This document shows positions 26,471 through 34,604 of a stretch of 46,977 nt of DNA, in pieces. Position 1 is the stretch's first letter; every line of letters starts with the position of its first letter. The position numbers were made by a program, and so were the translations under genes. This DNA is from an uncultured Dehalococcoidales bacterium. Its GTDB lineage: Bacteria > Chloroflexota > Dehalococcoidia > Dehalococcoidales > BS750m-G39. The notes beneath the pieces were generated by a model. It ran no database searches, was not told the origin of the DNA, and saw nothing but the letters and a program-made list of their open reading frames with translations. The stretch covers positions 1-46,977 of the forward strand of contig CAYWCO010000001.1 of the NCBI GenBank assembly GCA_964456815.1, given 5' to 3'.

Positions 26471-27431
26471 AGCTCACCCTCGGGTCTAGCTTCGGGTAGG
26501 AAAGGTCAATCAGAAAGTTGGCTGCCAACACGAAGATAGCCACCATCAAAAACACCCCTTGAATGATGGGGTAGTCCCGGGCTAACAGCGCTTCATAGGT
26601 GAGGTAACCAACGCCCGGATAGGCAAAGACGAGCTCAACAAAGAGGGCTCCGGTAATCACCCTGCCCATCCAGATACCGCTGCGGGTAACCACCGGCAGC
26701 ATAGAGTTTCTACCGGCGTGCCGGTATTTGAGTACTCGCTGCGATAAGCCCTTGGCCCTGGCGGTAAGCATATAAGGCTCCTTGAGTACCGTAATCATGG
26801 TGTTTCGAGTAAGTAGATAGCCACCGGCTAAATGAGCCAGGGTGAGGGCAGCTAGCGGCAGGAATAGGTGTCTCAATACGTCAAGCAGCCAGGCTAACCC
26901 TGATAAACCGGAGTAGGGAGTTAGCGCCCCGGCCAGGGGAAAGATTCCCAGCGTTACACCAAAGGCGATAAGCAATAACATCCCCAGGAAGAAGTCAGGG
27001 AAGCCATTCAGACTCATCAGCCCGGCTAGCATAGCGCGGTCAGTTCTGGAACCCCGCCGCCACCCCGATTCTATTCCCAGCGTTATTCCCAATATTGTAG
27101 AAAGCAGCAGCGAACTACCCACCAGGAGCAGAGTCCACGGCAAGTGTCCCAGGATTACTGATAAGACGGGCGCATTATAGTAGTAGGAGTAGCCCAGTTC
27201 ACCCTGAAAGAGCGCCACAAAGTAAGCGCCGAGCTGCTGCCACAGCGGCTGGTCCAGGGCAAAACGCTCCACAAGCTCAGCCTTGAGCTCCGGCGTCATG
27301 GTAATCAGCGCCTCATCGCCGTAGATCGCCATCAGCGGGTCTCCCGGCATCATTCTGGGCAGCAGGAAGTTAAGCGCCAGAATGAACAAAAAGGCTATGG
27401 CGTAGGTAACCAGATTTCCCTTGCTGAACAC
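26460..27431 (-). CDS. ABC permease (DppB/NikB-like)
   Basis: Typical N-terminus LNFLLPRMMPGDPL; 323 aa. Confidence 0.85.
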   Translation of the reverse strand: MFSKGNLVTYAIAFLFILALNFLLPRMMPGDPLMAIYGDEALITMTPELKAELVERFALDQPLWQQLGAYFVALFQGELGYSYYYNAPVLSVILGHLPWTLLLVGSSLLLSTILGITLGIESGWRRGSRTDRAMLAGLMSLNGFPDFFLGMLLLIAFGVTLGIFPLAGALTPYSGLSGLAWLLDVLRHLFLPLAALTLAHLAGGYLLTRNTMITVLKEPYMLTARAKGLSQRVLKYRHAGRNSMLPVVTRSGIWMGRVITGALFVELVFAYPGVGYLTYEALLARDYPIIQGVFLMVAIFVLAANFLIDLSYPKLDPRVSYAY

Positions 27432-27461
27432 CTTCCTTAAGCAATCCCCCGATTATTTTTG

Positions 27462-29042
27462 TTATCTGACAAAGGATAGCCTGTTCAAAGGAAGGGGTAT
27501 GCCGCTAGCCAAGCCATCCTTGGTGTAGAACAGGTTCACAGTGCCATCGTGAGCCCAGTACCATTTGGGATAGTAGAGGGTCAGTGCCGGCAGGTCTTCG
27601 GCGTAAGCCTCCTGGATCTGGAATACCAGCTCCTTTCTTCTCTCGGCATCCATCTCGCCCAGCTGCTCTTCAAGAAGCTGGTTCAGTGTTTCATTCAATG
27701 TGTAGCGGGCACTGTTGAAGCCATCGTCCATAATCACCCTTTTCAGAATAGACGGCTCATAGAGGCCTCCATGCCCGTAAATAGAGAGGTCGAAGTCCCA
27801 TGCCTCCACCCTGGCATCAACCGTCTTTGCTTCCATAGTTCTGAAGTCCACCTTTATGCCCACTTCTTCCAGTTGCTGCTTGATGAATTGCCCGACCTCC
27901 TTGAACTGAGCTGTAGCTAGAAGCTCCAACTCCAGTACCTTGTCGTCCTTGGTGAAATAACCGTCCTCCATCTCGTAGCCAAGCCCCTCCAGGAGCCCTT
28001 TTGCCCTGGCTGGGTCGTACTGGTATTGCGGGGTGTCGGGGTTGTACCAGTCACTGGTGGGCGGAATCATCCCCGGGCTACCGGCTACGGCGTGCCCTCG
28101 CTGGGTAATCTGGACAAGGGCTTCCCGGTCTATGGCATATGCCAGCGCCTGACGGAACTGCTTGGAGGAAAGAGGCTCCTGGTGGTGGTTTATGGTCATC
28201 TTGGCATTCCAGGCAACCGGCGCCGTGATTACAGTAAGCCCTGTCTCCTCCATTTCAGAGACGACCTCAGGGGGTATATCGCCGGCGCTTGCTGAGCCTT
28301 CCCGCAACGCCGCCGGAATCATCTCGGCGCTTATCTTAACGAACTTGATTTCGTCCACAAAGGGTTTTCCCAGATAGTAGTCATCGTAGGCTTGATAAAG
28401 GTAGGTACCATGTTCCTTACTGTAGTCTGCTAATGTGTAAGGTCCGGTTCCGATGACAGCCTCCGCTCCCGTCAGGCTCTTGGGGTCATCCACGCCCTCC
28501 CAGATATGCTTGGGAATGATAGCCAGGGTTCCCGCTACATCGTGCAGGAAAGGAGCGTAAGGCTGCTCCAGGTAAAGTTTTACGGTGTAGTCGTCAATTA
28601 CTACTGCCTCCCTTACCCCGCTGGGGCCTATCAATGTAACGAAGGGGTTAGGGTGGGCCTTCACGTAATCAATAGTAAAGACAACATCCTCGGCGGTGAA
28701 TTTCTTGCCATCATGCCATGTAACATTCTTGTGCAGCTTGAACATATAGGCGTTTTCTTCGGCAATATATTCCCACTCCTCAGCCAGTTGCGGAATAAAG
28801 CCGGAGGCGTCCTTCCAGACAAGGGTTTCAAAGATAAAGCTCATCCGGGTATATCCGGGGCCGCGGGAATAGTGGGCGTATGGAGAGGGATAGCCCCAGT
28901 CTCCAGTGCTATCGGCAATGGTGTAGGAACTGATTTCTGGTGTCCCGGCAGTGCATGATGGGAGCACAAGTAGCGCAGCTATCATGGCCGGGATAAGTAA
29001 TTTTGGTAGCAGGTTCAGCGTTTCTTTGCTCATTAGCTTCAC
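27462..29042 (-). CDS. Family-5 substrate-binding lipoprotein (peptide/nickel)
   Basis: SBP_bac_5-like, 526 aa, signal peptide with lipobox LPSC, GTG start after AAGGAGG. Confidence 0.85.
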   Translation of the reverse strand: MKLMSKETLNLLPKLLIPAMIAALLVLPSCTAGTPEISSYTIADSTGDWGYPSPYAHYSRGPGYTRMSFIFETLVWKDASGFIPQLAEEWEYIAEENAYMFKLHKNVTWHDGKKFTAEDVVFTIDYVKAHPNPFVTLIGPSGVREAVVIDDYTVKLYLEQPYAPFLHDVAGTLAIIPKHIWEGVDDPKSLTGAEAVIGTGPYTLADYSKEHGTYLYQAYDDYYLGKPFVDEIKFVKISAEMIPAALREGSASAGDIPPEVVSEMEETGLTVITAPVAWNAKMTINHHQEPLSSKQFRQALAYAIDREALVQITQRGHAVAGSPGMIPPTSDWYNPDTPQYQYDPARAKGLLEGLGYEMEDGYFTKDDKVLELELLATAQFKEVGQFIKQQLEEVGIKVDFRTMEAKTVDARVEAWDFDLSIYGHGGLYEPSILKRVIMDDGFNSARYTLNETLNQLLEEQLGEMDAERRKELVFQIQEAYAEDLPALTLYYPKWYWAHDGTVNLFYTKDGLASGIPLPLNRLSFVR

Positions 29043-29059
29043 CCTTCCTCCTTAAGCTT

Positions 29060-29164
29060 ATTGCACTGGTTGGCAATTGCAACTCATTGCATCAAGACAC
29101 GTAATAAAAACCTGCTTGGCAACAGGTGACTTGCAAATGAGAGTAGTTGCAACTAGTTGCAACT
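29060..29164. promoter_or_regulatory. Array of TTGCAA-type palindromic sites in the leader of the peptide ABC operon
   Basis: ATTGCA at 29060, 29076 and 29086; TTGCAA at 29130; a perfect tandem of the self-complementary 10-mer AGTTGCAACT at 29145-29154 and 29155-29164. Confidence 0.55.
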
Positions 29165-29177
29165 ACCTTTTAGCATT

Positions 29178-29206
29178 ATATTAATACACTTTGGCTTCGG
29201 TGTCAA
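29178..29206 (-). promoter_or_regulatory. Strong sigma-70-like promoter of the peptide ABC operon
   Basis: Minus strand reads TTGACA (29206-29201), 17 nt, TAATAT (29183-29178). The palindrome tandem begins ~14 nt downstream of the -10. Confidence 0.6.
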
Positions 29207-29245
29207 CTAGCTCCTGCTAAAGACCGGTTAACTTTTAGAGCCTAT

Positions 29246-29339
29246 GCTCGGGGCCGGCTATACCCTCAGGAAAGCCGGGGTAATTCTCCACCAGCGCAGC
29301 ATTGACCATCTGACCCCCTAACATCCCTTGCTCCAGCAG
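29246..29339 (-). pseudogene. Relic of a trxB paralogue (codons 31-61 only)
   Basis: 94 nt align without gaps to 1991..2084 with 7 mismatches, all transitions. It encodes LLEQGMLGGQMVNAALVENYPGFPEGIAGPE, bounded by in-frame stops on both sides. Confidence 0.8.
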
Positions 29340-29405
29340 TATTCATGCATGCAGTCTCTACGCCCTTTGCCTTCTTCTTTTCTTGAGCGAATAATTGCTA
29401 CCTAT

Positions 29406-30890
29406 TTACTTGTTTCCCAATACATATTTGGCTGCGTTTTCTCCAGCGATATAACCGGAACAAAGGGCAAAGCACAATGCTGCACCGGCAGATCTAAAAC
29501 TGTAATCTATGAATTCCCAACCGCTAGCGTTATCACCGACGGCATAAAGTCCGCTAATCAAGCTATCCTGCTTATTAATAACCTCCATACGGTGATTAAT
29601 CTTAATGCCGCCTACTGTAGTATCACAGCCCTGGCGACCTAGAACGGCATAGTAAGGCGGTGTACGTAGTGGCAGGAGATACCTTTCCTCTTTGAGAAAA
29701 TCTGCATCATAGCCCTTATCGCAGAAGGAGCTGTATTGCTCTACCGTGGCCCTTAGGGCTTCAGGTTTAGCTCCCATCCACTCAGCAATCTCTTCCCATG
29801 AATCAGCTACTTTAGCTGTTCCCTCGGCTGCGTCTGATTGGAAATCATTTTCCAATTCGTCCATCCAGGCTCCATTATTTCCCTTCTGTCCTTCAATGCC
29901 GCTGAGGACCTCTCTTTTTTGGATCATATCCCGTTTTACCTTCGAATCTATCAGAGCGTAACAAATTTTACCCGGCTGCCTGCTCAGGCAATTACTAGCC
30001 ATGTCCATATGATGAAGACCAAGGGATTCATCAACATAACGTTCTCCATTTTTATTCACCAAAATCACTTCAGGTCGCCGAACGAGTATGTCTAAGCTAC
30101 CGGCCCCTTGATAATGCTGAGGGCCGATTAACAAAATTGCTAACTGGTCGCCGATAACGGCTCCCGCTTCTGCGGCCATTAGTATGCCATCCCCCGTCAT
30201 TTGAGGTAGCGAATTGCAAAATATATCTCCATGTGAGGGGAAATACTTATTTATCATTTCTTTGTTTTCCCCGAATCCCCCGGTAGCAATGATAACGCTT
30301 TTAGCGGTGATTTTGAGTTCCTTATCCTTCGTTGTTGCCAGAACCCCATTCACTTCCCCTTTTTCATCGATGAGAATCTTCCTTGCCGCAGTTTCACAAA
30401 GCAACTGCACACCCCGGTCCTGGCAGCCCTTGATCAACGTTTCGGCAAGTCCATGCCCAACAGCTCCTGAAGCTCCTGCACCTAACATATGAAAAACCTT
30501 GGGGCCTTCTCCCTCAACTACGAATTCTAAAATAGAGTTAAACTTCAGCCCCTCTTCTTCCAGCCATCGAATGATATCTCCTGATTTGTTGATAATGACG
30601 CGAACGAGCCTGGGGTCAACCCTCCAATTAGCGCTTTCCATTTTCTCCTTAAAAACCTCATCCCCTGAAATCTTGATGCCCAGCCGCTTCTGAGCTGGAC
30701 TTTCGACAGCGAAAATACCATGCGAAATACCTGCATTTCCACCCAGGCTGGGAGCCTTTTCTAGCACGATAATGTTCTTCGCCCCGGCTTCTGCTGCCGC
30801 TATTGCTGCGGTCAGGCCAGCTCCCCCTCCACCAATGACCAGAATGTCAGCCTGTAGATTTTCCGCATTTGAATTTCTGGTAGTACTCAT
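29406..30890 (-). CDS. Soluble FAD-dependent oxidoreductase, fumarate-reductase/urocanate-reductase-like flavoprotein family
   Basis: ILVIGGGGAGLTAAIAAAEAG dinucleotide fold, an FAD_binding_2-like length (494 aa), and RBS GGGAGG. No signal peptide, haem or FMN domain seen. Confidence 0.8.
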   Translation of the reverse strand: MSTTRNSNAENLQADILVIGGGGAGLTAAIAAAEAGAKNIIVLEKAPSLGGNAGISHGIFAVESPAQKRLGIKISGDEVFKEKMESANWRVDPRLVRVIINKSGDIIRWLEEEGLKFNSILEFVVEGEGPKVFHMLGAGASGAVGHGLAETLIKGCQDRGVQLLCETAARKILIDEKGEVNGVLATTKDKELKITAKSVIIATGGFGENKEMINKYFPSHGDIFCNSLPQMTGDGILMAAEAGAVIGDQLAILLIGPQHYQGAGSLDILVRRPEVILVNKNGERYVDESLGLHHMDMASNCLSRQPGKICYALIDSKVKRDMIQKREVLSGIEGQKGNNGAWMDELENDFQSDAAEGTAKVADSWEEIAEWMGAKPEALRATVEQYSSFCDKGYDADFLKEERYLLPLRTPPYYAVLGRQGCDTTVGGIKINHRMEVINKQDSLISGLYAVGDNASGWEFIDYSFRSAGAALCFALCSGYIAGENAAKYVLGNK

Positions 30891-31004
30891 AATAACCTCC
30901 CTAATTATGTTTTACTTTCGTTGAGGATATTCCTCTAACGCAACTACCACAATTGCTGCCCTGAGATTTATTTCTTACCCTGTTTGTCCAACCAGAGCAA
31001 TCTA

Positions 31005-31076
31005 CTACTTGATATCTTCCAGGGGCCTCTTAAACGTATCAATGGCGCTAGGATACGGTAATGTTTCACCTTTCAT
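31005..31076 (-). CDS. 23-codon mini-ORF or relic carrying the PSAID(P/T)FKRPLEDIK tail
   Basis: MKGETLPYPSAIDTFKRPLEDIK*. The last 48 nt match 2201..2248 with 8 differences, 6 of them at third codon positions. The RBS is weak. Confidence 0.35.
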   Translation of the reverse strand: MKGETLPYPSAIDTFKRPLEDIK

Positions 31077-31131
31077 TGCGGTCGGCCCTACATTCTTTAT
31101 TTTCGACTTATGCAAGTCGTCGCTTAGCTTT

Positions 31132-31207
<76 letters not shown>

Positions 31208-31220
31208 TTAAATCACAATT

Positions 31221-31249
31221 ATTCTAGTCCAAAAATCCCCGGCTGTAAA
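31221..31249 (-). promoter_or_regulatory. Promoter of tRNA-Gly
   Basis: Minus strand reads TTTACA (31249-31244), 17 nt, TAGAAT (31226-31221). The tRNA 5' end is 13 nt downstream of the -10. Confidence 0.6.
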
Positions 31250-31287
31250 GAGAGATGGCTATTAATACGAGCGCCAGCAAAAGTGCT

Positions 31288-32349
31288 TCAGGCTTGCATC
31301 TTTAAGACCTTGGACCCCCGAATCTTGCCGCTTTTTAGCTCAACCAGCGCCTTATTTGCTTCCTCCAGCTTGAACTCTTGAACCTCGGGGGCAATCTTCG
31401 CCTGGGCTGCCAGGGGCAGGAACTCCTCCGCATCCTTCCTGGTTACATTGGCTACCGATTTAATCTCCTTCTCCCACCAGAGATGCCTGGCATAATCCAG
31501 CTTCAAGAGGAACTCTTTGTCTACCTCCTCTTTTCTAATCAGATTGATGACCAGCCTTCCCCCCCTCTTCAGATTCTCCAGGGCTTTAAGCGTCGGCTTC
31601 CAGACGGGGGTAGTATCAATGGCACAGTCCAGCTTCTCTGGAGTTTCGTCTTCAATCTCACCCACCCAGTCAGCACCCAATTTCTTGGCCAGTTCCCTTT
31701 CCACCGGATTTCGGGTTAAAACAAACTTTTTGGAATTGGGAAATTTGAAATTCGCCGTCTGGATTAGCAGGTGGTGCGCCCCTCCAAACCCGTAAAGCCC
31801 CAGGGTCTTGCCATCCTCCATGCCGGTAAGCTTCAAAGAACGATAACCAACCACCCCTGAGCACATCAGAGGCGCCGCCCGGGGTAAATCGGTAAATATC
31901 TGCGGAATTTCGTAGGCGAAGTCCTCGGAGATTACCATATACTCGGCATAGCCGCCGTCAGCGTCGCAGCCAGTCCCCTTAAACTGCTGGCACAGGTTTT
32001 CCTCACCCCTGAGGCAGAACTTGCACTTACCGCAACTGGAATATATCCAGGCGGCACCAACACGGTCGCCAACCTTAAATCTGGTCGCCCCCTCACCCAG
32101 AGCCTCCACTACCCCCACCGGCTGATGACCCAGAATTACCGGCAATTTGGGTGGGGTAATCCTGCCCTCTATCTGGTCAAGCTCGGTGCGGCAAACGCCG
32201 CAGGCTAAAACCTTAATTAGAATCTCCTTCGGCTGGGGCTTTGGAAGCGGCAAATCAACCAGTTCCAGGGGCTCAGCCCCTCCCTCAACCCTAACCTGGC
32301 AGATTTCCTTGAGCACCATTGCCTTCATTTTTCTCTTCTCCACCGTCAC
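31288..32349 (-). CDS. Zinc-dependent alcohol dehydrogenase (MDR family)
   Basis: GHQPVG catalytic-Zn motif and structural-Zn Cys cluster CGKCKFCLRGEENLC. The probable start is MKAMVLKE at 32328. Confidence 0.88.
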   Translation of the reverse strand: MTVEKRKMKAMVLKEICQVRVEGGAEPLELVDLPLPKPQPKEILIKVLACGVCRTELDQIEGRITPPKLPVILGHQPVGVVEALGEGATRFKVGDRVGAAWIYSSCGKCKFCLRGEENLCQQFKGTGCDADGGYAEYMVISEDFAYEIPQIFTDLPRAAPLMCSGVVGYRSLKLTGMEDGKTLGLYGFGGAHHLLIQTANFKFPNSKKFVLTRNPVERELAKKLGADWVGEIEDETPEKLDCAIDTTPVWKPTLKALENLKRGGRLVINLIRKEEVDKEFLLKLDYARHLWWEKEIKSVANVTRKDAEEFLPLAAQAKIAPEVQEFKLEEANKALVELKSGKIRGSKVLKMQA

Positions 32350-32373
32350 CGGTAATCTATATTTAATTATATA

Positions 32374-32958
32374 CTATATTACTACCATCACCAGCCCGGC
32401 AAACAGGGGCATGGTCAGGTTATCATTCAGGGGGAGGGGTAATAGTACGGCTTCGGCGACAGTCGCCGCCAAAGAGCCGACCACGATAATAAGCAAACTG
32501 ACATCCAGACCGGCATAATAGAAGATAATGCCCACTATTAGGCAGGAAACAAAACAGGCTAAGTCTCCTTCAAGTGTCTTGCCAAAGAGTCTGGTTTTCC
32601 CTAGCCGCTTACCAACAATGGTAGCCATGACATCACCCACCGCCAGAAAAGAAACCGCCACCACGGCAATATCCCTGGGGAAAACCAGAAAGGCTACAAG
32701 AGAGCCAACAAAGGTATAACTAGCGCCGGTTAAGCGTGACGTCTCTTCTCCCCTTAGCAACGGCTTGAAAAGCGAGAGGAACCAACGGTTTACCCCCGGG
32801 ACCTTGAGCCTAATAAACTCAAAGGCTAGGAAAACGAAGGTTATCACCCCGAGGGTCATCAGAAAGACTATCCTGGGCAGAAAGAGGGCGGCTAGCGGGA
32901 TAACCATCACGCCAAGCATGTGAAACAGCCCCCGCCCCAGGGTGACCGATATGCTCAA
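32374..32958 (-). CDS. Polytopic membrane protein, CTP-dependent polyprenol/diacylglycerol kinase or cytidylyltransferase-like family
   Basis: GDVMATIVGKRLGKTRLFGKTLEGDLACF resembles the CdsA/dolichol-kinase/phytol-kinase signature region; 6 TM. Confidence 0.55.
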   Translation of the reverse strand: MSISVTLGRGLFHMLGVMVIPLAALFLPRIVFLMTLGVITFVFLAFEFIRLKVPGVNRWFLSLFKPLLRGEETSRLTGASYTFVGSLVAFLVFPRDIAVVAVSFLAVGDVMATIVGKRLGKTRLFGKTLEGDLACFVSCLIVGIIFYYAGLDVSLLIIVVGSLAATVAEAVLLPLPLNDNLTMPLFAGLVMVVI

Positions 32959-33045
32959 AGCCTTCCCTCCTGCTTCGCCAGTTTACCACAGAGGAAAGCA
33001 ATAAATAAATAAGCAGGGCGGTGAGGCAGGCTAAGAGCAAACTCT

Positions 33046-33074
33046 TTGACAGCCCACCAGCGGCGTGTTATCAT
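33046..33074 (+). promoter_or_regulatory. Promoter of mobB-smr
   Basis: TTGACA (33046-33051), 17 nt, TATCAT (33069-33074). Confidence 0.55.
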
Positions 33075-33133
33075 AACTCTCTGGCTCTACAAAGCTAACT
33101 CAGTGCGCCTAACTCAGCACGAAGGTAAAAACA

Positions 33134-33778
33134 ATGCCTCCTATAGTCTCAATTATAGGTAATTCTAAGTCAGGAAAGACGACCCTCATTGAAAAGCTAC
33201 TTCGGGAGCTAAAAACAAGGGGCTATAAAGTAGCCACCGTAAAGCACACTAACCAAAAGCTGACCTTTGACGAGCCGGGCAAGGATAGCTGGCGCCACAC
33301 CCAGGCCGGTAGCGAGGCTGCCATAATCAGCTCCCCGGACAAGATTGTGCTAATCAAGCCCGTTGCCACCGAGCCCAGCCTTGAGGAGATAGCCTACCTC
33401 GCCGGTAAGGACTATGACCTCATCCTGACTGAAGGTTTCAAGGAGGGTAATACGCCCAAAATAGAGGTCCACCGCAAGGAAGCCGGCCCGCCCCTCGCCG
33501 TCAAGAAGCGCATAGCCATAGTCAGCGATGAGCCCCTGGAAACCAAGGCCAGGCAGTTCTCCCCCGACGATACTAAGGGTTTAGCCAACCTCCTGGAGCA
33601 GGGCTTCATAACGCCGCAAAGGGAGCGGTTGTCACTTTATGTAAACAATACCCCCGTATCTCTGAGCAGCTTCCCCCGAGAGCTTATCGGCAACATCCTC
33701 CTGGCTCTAGCCTCCTCCCTGAAGGGAGTGAAAGAGATAAAAAGCCTGGAGCTTTTCCTGAAGAAGAAATCTCCATAG
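33134..33778 (+). CDS. mobB: Molybdopterin-guanine dinucleotide biosynthesis adaptor MobB with a ~50-aa C-terminal extension
   Basis: IIGNSKSGKTTLIEKL P-loop, VATVKHT and EGFK motifs. Confidence 0.8.
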   Translation: MPPIVSIIGNSKSGKTTLIEKLLRELKTRGYKVATVKHTNQKLTFDEPGKDSWRHTQAGSEAAIISSPDKIVLIKPVATEPSLEEIAYLAGKDYDLILTEGFKEGNTPKIEVHRKEAGPPLAVKKRIAIVSDEPLETKARQFSPDDTKGLANLLEQGFITPQRERLSLYVNNTPVSLSSFPRELIGNILLALASSLKGVKEIKSLELFLKKKSP

Positions 33779-33790
33779 GGGGCATTTACG

Positions 33791-34066
33791 GTGCGCAAAA
33801 CTAAGCACCACACAACACCGCCAAACGAGGTGCATCTCCGCCGACTCACCATAGATGAGGCATTAATAAAGCTTGACCAGTTCCTGCACGATGCCTTTAT
33901 GGCCGGTCTTTATCAGGTGAGGGTAGTCCACGGTAAGGGGACCGGTACGCTGCGCCAGGCCGTTCGTGAGAAGCTTGCCCGTCATCCTCTGGTGAAGTCA
34001 TACCGCCCCGGCGAATATGGAGAGGGTGGCGAGGGAGTTACCATTGCCACGCTTGCCCCAAGGTAA
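33791..34066 (+). CDS. Stand-alone Smr-domain protein
   Basis: LRRLTIDEAL...VRVVHGKGTGTLRQAV...GGEGVTIA matches the Smr pattern; GTG start. Confidence 0.8.
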   Translation: MRKTKHHTTPPNEVHLRRLTIDEALIKLDQFLHDAFMAGLYQVRVVHGKGTGTLRQAVREKLARHPLVKSYRPGEYGEGGEGVTIATLAPR

Positions 34067-34084
34067 TCCTTAAAAAAATCATCA

Positions 34085-34113
34085 TTGAAAGGGAAGGGGC
34101 TTTTAGCTATAAT
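34085..34113 (+). promoter_or_regulatory. Promoter of the tRNA-His/tRNA-Arg pair
   Basis: TTGAAA (34085-34090), 17 nt, TATAAT (34108-34113). Confidence 0.6.
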
Positions 34114-34130
34114 AGCTATACTTCAGCCGT

Positions 34131-34208
34131 GGTGAGTGTAGCCCAGTGGTCTAAGGCGCCAGGTTGTGGCCCTGGAGATCGAGGGTTCAAATCCCTCCAC
34201 TCACCCCA
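34131..34208 (+). tRNA. tRNA-His (anticodon GTG) with encoded G-1 and CCA
   Basis: G(-1)+GTGAGTG/CACTCAC acceptor, CCAGG-TTGTGGC-CCTGG anticodon arm, GAGGG-TTCAAAT-CCCTC T arm. Confidence 0.9.
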
Positions 34209-34211
34209 AAT

Positions 34212-34284
34212 GCGCCTATAGCTCAGCGGATAGAGCATCGGTCTTCGGAACCGAGGGTCGTGGGTTCGAATCCCTCTAGGCGCG
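34212..34284 (+). tRNA. tRNA-Arg (anticodon TCG), no encoded CCA
   Basis: GCGCCTA/TAGGCGC acceptor, GCTC/GAGC D stem, TCGGT-CTTCGGA-ACCGA anticodon arm. The T arm GTGGG-TTCGAAT-CCCTC has one T-T mismatch. Confidence 0.85.
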
Positions 34285-34322
34285 TATCTGGATTGTCCTT
34301 ATATGCCAACGTTTTCCCCCAA

Positions 34323-34357
34323 TTCTTAACAGGTTCTTAATATTTAGATGCTATTAT
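34323..34357 (+). promoter_or_regulatory. Box S1: TTCTTAA-cagg-TTCTTAA, 11 nt, TATTAT
   Basis: Direct 7-mers at 34323-34329 and 34334-34340; -10 at 34352-34357; 61 nt upstream of micropeptide P1. Confidence 0.6.
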
Positions 34358-34417
34358 CCATCCAGTATCCACGGAGAAGACGGCAAACAACAGCAATGAC
34401 TTGAAAGGAGTAACATT

Positions 34418-34510
34418 GTGTCTAAACGGCGTGCTCTACTCTATGCCCTACTGGGAGTGGGTATCCTTATGGTCACCGTAGGCCTAATTCTCGCCCTGTT
34501 ACAATCCTGA
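34418..34510 (+). CDS. Single-TM micropeptide P1 (30 aa)
   Basis: GTG start 7 nt after GAAAGGAG. MSKRRALLYALLGVGILMVTVGLILALLQS*. Too short for the ORF track. Confidence 0.5.
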   Translation: MSKRRALLYALLGVGILMVTVGLILALLQS

Positions 34511-34532
34511 CAAGCACAAAAATTTGCTCAAT

Positions 34533-34567
34533 ATCTTAACCGGAATTTAATATTTGATTGCTATGAT
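34533..34567 (+). promoter_or_regulatory. Box S2: ATCTTAA-ccgg-AATTTAA, 11 nt, TATGAT
   Basis: 7-mers at 34533-34539 and 34544-34550; -10 at 34562-34567. The flanks resemble S1 (tatttgattgc vs tatttagatgc). Confidence 0.55.
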
Positions 34568-34604
34568 TAAATCATCAAATAATAGAAAGGGGGGTGAAAC
34601 ATAA

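Noticed and set aside
31104-31119. Hairpin CGACTT-atgc-AAGTCG just downstream of tRNA-Gly, considered as a terminator.
   Set aside because: In the tRNA's transcription direction it is followed by an A-run rather than a U-run. On the other strand the T-run precedes the stem.
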